From contig CBDAOB010000004.1 in assembly GCA_965197905.1 (NCBI GenBank), positions 224,001 to 288,000 of the forward strand: DNA of 64,000 nucleotides, in the 5' to 3' direction. The notes beneath the pieces were generated by a model. The model ran no database searches and was not told where the DNA came from. It worked only from the letters and a program-made list of their open reading frames with translations. Source of the stretch: Candidatus Latescibacterota bacterium (GTDB lineage Bacteria > Latescibacterota > UBA2968 > UBA8231). Made by a program: the position numbers and the translations under genes. Within the stretch, counting starts at the first letter, position 1, and each line of letters starts with the position of its first letter. Below are positions 58,836-64,000 of the stretch, piece after piece.

Positions 58836-59553
58836 AATCGATTCCTTCCCGTTGGGCGACGGCGAGGTATTCGCGACCGTAGCGGCGACCGAATTCTCGC
58901 AACGACGTCGAGTCGAAATGTACGAAATCACCCTTGTCTTCCAGCCCCTTCGATGAGACGAATCCGGCGGCGGGCAACGTCTCCGCCGCCCGTTTCAAGG
59001 CATCGTTGACCATCTGACAACCCGCGAAGAGGGTCTCCCCGTCGTTATGGCTGGTCAGGAAACGTCCGAGCTCACCGACAATCACAGGGATCGGTTGGGA
59101 CCCTCCCAGATCTCGCCGCAGGGCGCCGATCATGGCGGCAAAGCGATCGAAATAGGTCTCTGCAAGTTCAGAAGAGCGCGAATCACCCTCCCCCTGGTGC
59201 CACAAGATGCCCTTTATGGCGCCAGCTGACTGCGCGGTGCGTGCCTGTTGCAGAGCCCGCAAATGCAGATCCGCTCCCTCCTCCCATCGTTCGAGAGGAG
59301 TGCCACCTTCTGCACAAGGAATCAGACCGATCCTCACCTCATCGTTGCCCTCGATCAGCTCCAGCGCGAAGGTCATACCCAGTCCGATGCCAAGACCCTC
59401 CCGGTTGTCGTGCAACGGTTCCGCGGCGGTCTGCCAACCGTCGTTTCTGAATGCCTGGATGTTTTGGTGAGACAGGGGCTCCACACCTGCCAGCGGAGCG
59501 CGGCCCACCATGTTTGACTGACCCATCAGGAGGAAGATGTTCAGATCGTTCAT
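58822..59553 (-). CDS. Sialate O-acetylesterase (SASA/CE6-type SGNH)
   Basis: GQSNMVG, GGT, WHQGEGD, DFVHF. Confidence 0.9.
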   Translation of the reverse strand: MNDLNIFLLMGQSNMVGRAPLAGVEPLSHQNIQAFRNDGWQTAAEPLHDNREGLGIGLGMTFALELIEGNDEVRIGLIPCAEGGTPLERWEEGADLHLRALQQARTAQSAGAIKGILWHQGEGDSRSSELAETYFDRFAAMIGALRRDLGGSQPIPVIVGELGRFLTSHNDGETLFAGCQMVNDALKRAAETLPAAGFVSSKGLEDKGDFVHFDSTSLREFGRRYGREYLAVAQREGIDFENR

Positions 59554-59660
59554 TCGGCAGCCTCCAACTTACATCCGGTTGCGGCAATTGGTCGTCCATT
59601 CTTGACCCGCCCATGAATTCGGTCCTACTTTCCTTCGGTGTAGGATCAAAGGAAGCGCTA

Positions 59661-60512
59661 ATGCTTTTCAATTTCAAATATCTCGCAATTAAAAGGTTCG
59701 GAGAGAGCCTCGAGTCCGACTACAAAGACGCCTACGGAGAGCTCGAGCCCGACTACAGTAGTTTCATCAACTGGGTGGGGCGCTTTGCGCTGGAGAACAT
59801 CGCCAACTCTGACATGCTCTACCACGATGTGGAGCACACCATGTTGGTGACCACCGTCGGTCAGCAGATCCTGATCGGAAAACATCTGATTGAAGGTGGC
59901 GTATCCCCGAAAGAGTGGGCGCATTTCATCACGGCGCTGCTGTGCCACGACATTGGTTACGTGCGTGGAATCTGCCGCGGCGATGGTGATGGACGATGTG
60001 CCACCGGCGTAAGTGATGAAACCGTCGACCTGCCCGCGGACGCGACGGATGCCTTTCTGACACCGTATCATGTCGACCGCGGAAAACAGTTTGTCCGCGA
60101 GCGCTTTGGCGGGAAGACACTACTCACGATCGATCCCGAAATCGTGGCAGATTACATCGAAACGACACGTTTCCCCCCGTTGAATGGGGGCGACGAGGAC
60201 ACAAAGAGCTACGGCGGGTTACTAAGGTCCGCCGATTTTATAGGTCAGCTTGGCGATCCCGACTACCTGCGCAAGATTCCCGCACTTTATTACGAGTTCG
60301 AACAGGTTGGGCAGAACGCTGAACTCGGATACCATTCACCGGGTGACATGCGCAGCAGTTTCGCCAAATTCTTCTGGACTCAAGTGAGCCCGTACATCCA
60401 GGACGCCACGCGTTATCTGCAGGTCACTCAGGATGGAAAACAGTGGCTCGCCACTCTGCACGCCCATGTCTTTCAGGTCGAACACGGCGGCCGTGGGATA
60501 ACCCACCCCTAA
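59661..60512 (+). CDS. HD-domain metal-dependent phosphohydrolase
   Basis: YHDVEHT, CHDIGY, TPYHVDRG, ADFIGQLGDP. Confidence 0.88.
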   Translation: MLFNFKYLAIKRFGESLESDYKDAYGELEPDYSSFINWVGRFALENIANSDMLYHDVEHTMLVTTVGQQILIGKHLIEGGVSPKEWAHFITALLCHDIGYVRGICRGDGDGRCATGVSDETVDLPADATDAFLTPYHVDRGKQFVRERFGGKTLLTIDPEIVADYIETTRFPPLNGGDEDTKSYGGLLRSADFIGQLGDPDYLRKIPALYYEFEQVGQNAELGYHSPGDMRSSFAKFFWTQVSPYIQDATRYLQVTQDGKQWLATLHAHVFQVEHGGRGITHP

Positions 60513-60526
60513 TCCTAAAGCCCAAC

Positions 60527-60541
60527 TTTACACTTCTTTAC
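60527..60541 (-). promoter_or_regulatory. CpxR/OmpR-type direct-repeat box
   Basis: TTTAC-ACTTC-TTTAC, i.e. GTAAA-N5-GTAAA on the minus strand, upstream of the Spy/CpxP-regulator-kinase operon. Confidence 0.65.
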
Positions 60542-60596
60542 AACAGAGACAAACTTCCGAAATCCGGGACTCCTAAGTTGAGTATCGAGGATCGCA

Positions 60597-61109
60597 ATGA
60601 AGCGGGACCTCACGACGAAGGAGCAAATCATGTTAGGCATAAACGGACGGAAGCTGGGAATCGGGGTCGCTGTTGTAGGTCTAGTGGGCGCCATGTTTGC
60701 CGGATGCGGTCACCGGGGTGGTCGCGGACACTCCTGGTTCCACAGTCATGGGGACCGCCTCGAAAGTGCGGAAAAGGCGCGCGAGCACGTGGGGGAAGCG
60801 GCCGAGTGGATGTTGGGGAAGGTGGACGCGACGGAACAACAAACCGCGGAAGTGCAGCGCATTCTAGACGGCTCGGTTGAACCCATGATGGAGTTGGCAC
60901 GCCAACATCGCGGGCATCGCGAGGCTCTGATCGAGATTCTCTCCGCTCCCGAGATCGATCGCAAACGGCTCGAAGAGATTCGCCTCGAGGAGATGCAGGT
61001 GGCTGACGCTGCCTCCCGCCGCCTGCTTGAGACGTTTGCCGACGCGGCAGACGTTTTGAGCCCCAAGCAACGCCGAGGACTGGCCAAACGCGCCAGTCGC
61101 CATCACTAA
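60597..61109 (+). CDS. Spy/CpxP-family periplasmic protein
   Basis: Hydrophobic N-region ending FAGC, ATEQQ and VLSPKQR LTxxQ-like motifs, His-rich N-terminus. Confidence 0.8.
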   Translation: MKRDLTTKEQIMLGINGRKLGIGVAVVGLVGAMFAGCGHRGGRGHSWFHSHGDRLESAEKAREHVGEAAEWMLGKVDATEQQTAEVQRILDGSVEPMMELARQHRGHREALIEILSAPEIDRKRLEEIRLEEMQVADAASRRLLETFADAADVLSPKQRRGLAKRASRHH

Positions 61110-61132
61110 CCTTCACGCCTCAATTCGCCGCC

Positions 61133-61837
61133 ATGTGCACGCGCGTTCTCATGATCGAAGACGACGAGGGCCTGTCGGCCATGGTCGCGGAGTACCTCGC
61201 ACCTTTCGGCATGGAAGTCACGCCTGCGACACGAGCCGCAGACGGATTGGAACTCTTACACCAAGGTTCCTTTGATCTCCTCCTCTTGGACGTGATGCTG
61301 CCAGACCAGGATGGCTTCGAGGTCTGCCGTCATGTGCGGGCCGAGTCCGACGTGCCGATCCTCATGCTCACCGCCCGAGGTGATGAGACGGATCGGATCG
61401 TCGGTCTTGAGCTTGGCGCTGACGATTATCTCCCGAAGCCGTTCAATCCGCGCGAACTCCTGGCTCGCATGCGTGCGATTATCCGTCGCCGTGCCATCCC
61501 TGGCACCGCTTCCGCCACACATTCGCGTTTTGGACGTCTGGAGATAGATCGGGACGCGCGCGTTGCCCGCATCGACGGTCAGTCGCGTGAACTGACGGGC
61601 CACCAGTTCGACCTGTTGTGCGCGCTGGCCGAGAACGCCGGCCGCGTCATGTCCCGCGACACCTTGATGAACTACGTCAGGGGTCACGACATCGAGGCGT
61701 TCGACCGCAGTATCGACGTTCATATCTCGCGGATTCGCACGGTGCTGGAAGATGATCCCAAACAACCGCGGCGAATCCTGACGGTACGCGGCGTCGGATA
61801 CGTCTTTGCCCGGCACCAGGATGAGGCCGGCGATTGA
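61133..61837 (+). CDS. OmpR-family response regulator
   Basis: IEDD, LLDVMLP, GADDYLPKPF, DRSIDVHISRIR, TVRGVGY. Confidence 0.96.
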   Translation: MCTRVLMIEDDEGLSAMVAEYLAPFGMEVTPATRAADGLELLHQGSFDLLLLDVMLPDQDGFEVCRHVRAESDVPILMLTARGDETDRIVGLELGADDYLPKPFNPRELLARMRAIIRRRAIPGTASATHSRFGRLEIDRDARVARIDGQSRELTGHQFDLLCALAENAGRVMSRDTLMNYVRGHDIEAFDRSIDVHISRIRTVLEDDPKQPRRILTVRGVGYVFARHQDEAGD

Positions 61838-63111
61838 TGAAACGCAGACTCTACCTGCAGATCTATCTCACCTTCGTGGGCATTCTGGTGCTTTTCTGTG
61901 TGTTGCTTTCGTTGGCCTGGATGTTTGTTCCCCACGGTGCTGAGGAGTTACGGGCTTTTGAAGGAGCCGAAGCGGTCCTGGGTGAATTGCTGCCAGGGTC
62001 GGAACGCTCAAACGAGGAGCTGCAAGCCGTACTCGAACGGCTGCGGGAGCGGTTGCCGCTGCATCTGGCCGTGCATGGACCTCACGGGAGGCTGCTTGCA
62101 GCCGTCGGCGATCGGCTGCCGCCACCGCGCAGTGGGCGCACCCAGAGCGGCTGGATGCGATCCCGCGGTGAAGGTACTACTGTGGCAGTACGCCTTCCTG
62201 GCGAACGCTGGCTGGTGGCACGCCATGGTCCACACGGACCGGGGTTTGCCGGCGGTTGGCTGGGTGGTCTGGCGCTGCTGGCGGTCGCCATCGCCGTGGG
62301 CGCATATCCTCTGGTGCGGCGAACGACTCGGCGCCTGGAGCGGCTCCAGGATCGGGTCGAGCAGTTGGGAAAGGGGGAGCTGGCAACACGCGTGGAGGTG
62401 GAAGGCAACGACGAGGTTGCCGACCTGGCTCGGAGTTTCAACCGGGCAGCAGGACGCATCGAACAGCTGGTGAACGCCCAACGTGGCCTGTTGGCCAGTG
62501 CCTCTCACGAACTGCGTTCACCGTTGGCCCGCATCCGCGTTGCCATCGAATTGCTCGCGAGCGATGCAAACCACGAACTGCGAGATCAGGTGGCCAAGGA
62601 TATTGCCGAGTTAGACGAACTGATTGGCGAGGTTCTGTTTGCCAGTCGCCTGGACTCCCTCGATCAATTGGAACAATCAGAGGAAGTGGATCTGCTCGCG
62701 CTGCTTGCCGAAGAGGCGGCGCGAGAGAGTGTCAGCGTTGCCGGGGATCCGGTCACGATTTCCGGCGATCGCCGCATGTTGAGCCGCCTTATCCGCAATC
62801 TGCTACAAAACGGCAAACGCTACGGTGGCGGATCGGATATTGAAGCCTCGGTGGAGGCCGATAAAGGGGAGGCGCTGCTCAGAATCTGCGACCGAGGTCC
62901 GGGCGTGCCCGAAGGCGAGCGCGAATGCATCTTCGAGCCGTACTATCGCCTCGCCGGCACCGGCGAACATTCCGGAGGTGGAGTTGGCCTCGGTTTGTCC
63001 ATCGTGCGTCAGATCGCCCGTCATCACGGCGGCGAAGCCTGCTGTTTGCCACGAAGGGAAGGGGGGATCTGTTTCGAGGTGTCACTGCCGTTACGATCCG
63101 ATCATCGGTAG
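61834..63111 (+). CDS. HAMP-domain sensor histidine kinase
   Basis: Two TMs, HAMP, SHELRSPL, NLLQNG, DRGPG, GVGLGL. Confidence 0.95.
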   Translation: MMKRRLYLQIYLTFVGILVLFCVLLSLAWMFVPHGAEELRAFEGAEAVLGELLPGSERSNEELQAVLERLRERLPLHLAVHGPHGRLLAAVGDRLPPPRSGRTQSGWMRSRGEGTTVAVRLPGERWLVARHGPHGPGFAGGWLGGLALLAVAIAVGAYPLVRRTTRRLERLQDRVEQLGKGELATRVEVEGNDEVADLARSFNRAAGRIEQLVNAQRGLLASASHELRSPLARIRVAIELLASDANHELRDQVAKDIAELDELIGEVLFASRLDSLDQLEQSEEVDLLALLAEEAARESVSVAGDPVTISGDRRMLSRLIRNLLQNGKRYGGGSDIEASVEADKGEALLRICDRGPGVPEGERECIFEPYYRLAGTGEHSGGGVGLGLSIVRQIARHHGGEACCLPRREGGICFEVSLPLRSDHR

Positions 63112-64000
63112 GGCAATGGAGCCGGGTCCAGCCATTCGCAGATTCGGTCCTTGACGGACCAGGCAAAGAAGAAATTCCCCGCCGGCGAATGATGTCCGTT
63201 GTAAAACTTTTCCAGATATCCCTCGATTCCGTCATTGCTAGTGGAAAAGTCCTGACGAAACGCGTCCCTGAGATCCAATACCTGATATGTTTTGTCTCGC
63301 ACCCAATCCAGAAAGCTCTGATCGAAAAGAGGTTCGTCCTTCAACGCGGCAGCCATGCTCTTGCGGCCAAATGAGAGAATGAGCATCAGCTTCTTTTCGT
63401 GCTCCTTGGCGAACCTCTCGGTCAGGGAGACCACATGTTTGGTCGCGAACAGGGCCGCTTCGGTGTATAGCTGGTACACTCGGGCATCTGTGCCGGCGTT
63501 GGCGCGCTGAGCAGACGATCCCTTCTTCTTCGCCAATTCCGAATCGCTCTCGCTTGTTTCCTTGGCTATGATTCCATGCAGGATCGGATCCTCTCCGAAG
63601 GTCTGCCACACCCAGTCGGGATCGCAGAGCCGATAGACCTCGTCTCCAGTCAGGCACGGGTTGTCTTCTTCCTTACAGGTCCCCTCCTCAACATTTACCC
63701 GCAGGTGGGGCAGGGTGAACCTACCCTGGCGCCGGGCGCGAATCGAGCGCCAGGCATCCAGATTGCGGTAGTGATCGTCATCCCAGATGTTCAGGATCAG
63801 GTACTCTGCGGGGGTTTGTGCTTCGACCTTGAGCATGCGACGATACGCCTGATACACGCTGTAGCCGCCGACGCCGAAATTCCGGATTGGCTCCTGGAGG
63901 TGTGCCGCCAGGTACTCCTGCCACGATTCGCCGTCGCTGACCTGATCGCAGTGGGTGTAGCTGTTGCCGTAGGTGTGAATCCTACTGGCGCGATCCGGAA
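63102..64000 (-). CDS. SGNH/GDSL-like hydrolase, 5' end outside the window
   Basis: Frame is open to the window edge: TYGNSYTH, RNFGVGGYSVYQ, NGHHSPAGN. Confidence 0.75.
   Translation of the reverse strand, partial: PDRASRIHTYGNSYTHCDQVSDGESWQEYLAAHLQEPIRNFGVGGYSVYQAYRRMLKVEAQTPAEYLILNIWDDDHYRNLDAWRSIRARRQGRFTLPHLRVNVEEGTCKEEDNPCLTGDEVYRLCDPDWVWQTFGEDPILHGIIAKETSESDSELAKKKGSSAQRANAGTDARVYQLYTEAALFATKHVVSLTERFAKEHEKKLMLILSFGRKSMAAALKDEPLFDQSFLDWVRDKTYQVLDLRDAFRQDFSTSNDGIEGYLEKFYNGHHSPAGNFFFAWSVKDRICEWLDPAPLPYR

Noticed and set aside
1..64000. Selenocysteine or stop-codon readthrough
   Set aside because: The TGA stops I examined fall at natural protein ends; the two broken genes are explained by single-base frameshifts.

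Overview
GC-rich bacterial chromosomal segment with about 55 coding regions. I recognise no rRNA, tRNA, CRISPR array or transposase. Gene content suggests an FCB-group lineage such as Latescibacterota, but this is inference only, from a PorV-like gene, several proteins with a PNPFN-type FlgD/T9SS-like C-terminal domain, and many sialidase, PhyH and glycoside-hydrolase-like genes. (1) 1-13 kb holds enzymes and envelope proteins, including a 14-blade FG-GAP protein and a thermolysin-family protease coupled to a possible emfourin-like lipoprotein. (2) 13-34.5 kb is a housekeeping block (tatC, lnt, radC, porV-like, gatA, tatA, pssA, psd, htrA-like, truA, ecfT, ABC transporter), with a four-lamin-tail surface protein and a short-UvrC / Ogt / XerD-like trio whose recombinase lacks the usual catalytic lysine. 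(3) 34.9-41.2 kb is a frameshifted ~2100-aa protein of 20 FN3 modules, two carrying the same unexplained helical insert. (4) 41.8-64 kb is a catabolic patchwork plus a Cpx-like two-component locus with a perfect CpxR-type box. All calls come from motif recognition by eye; no database searches were run.
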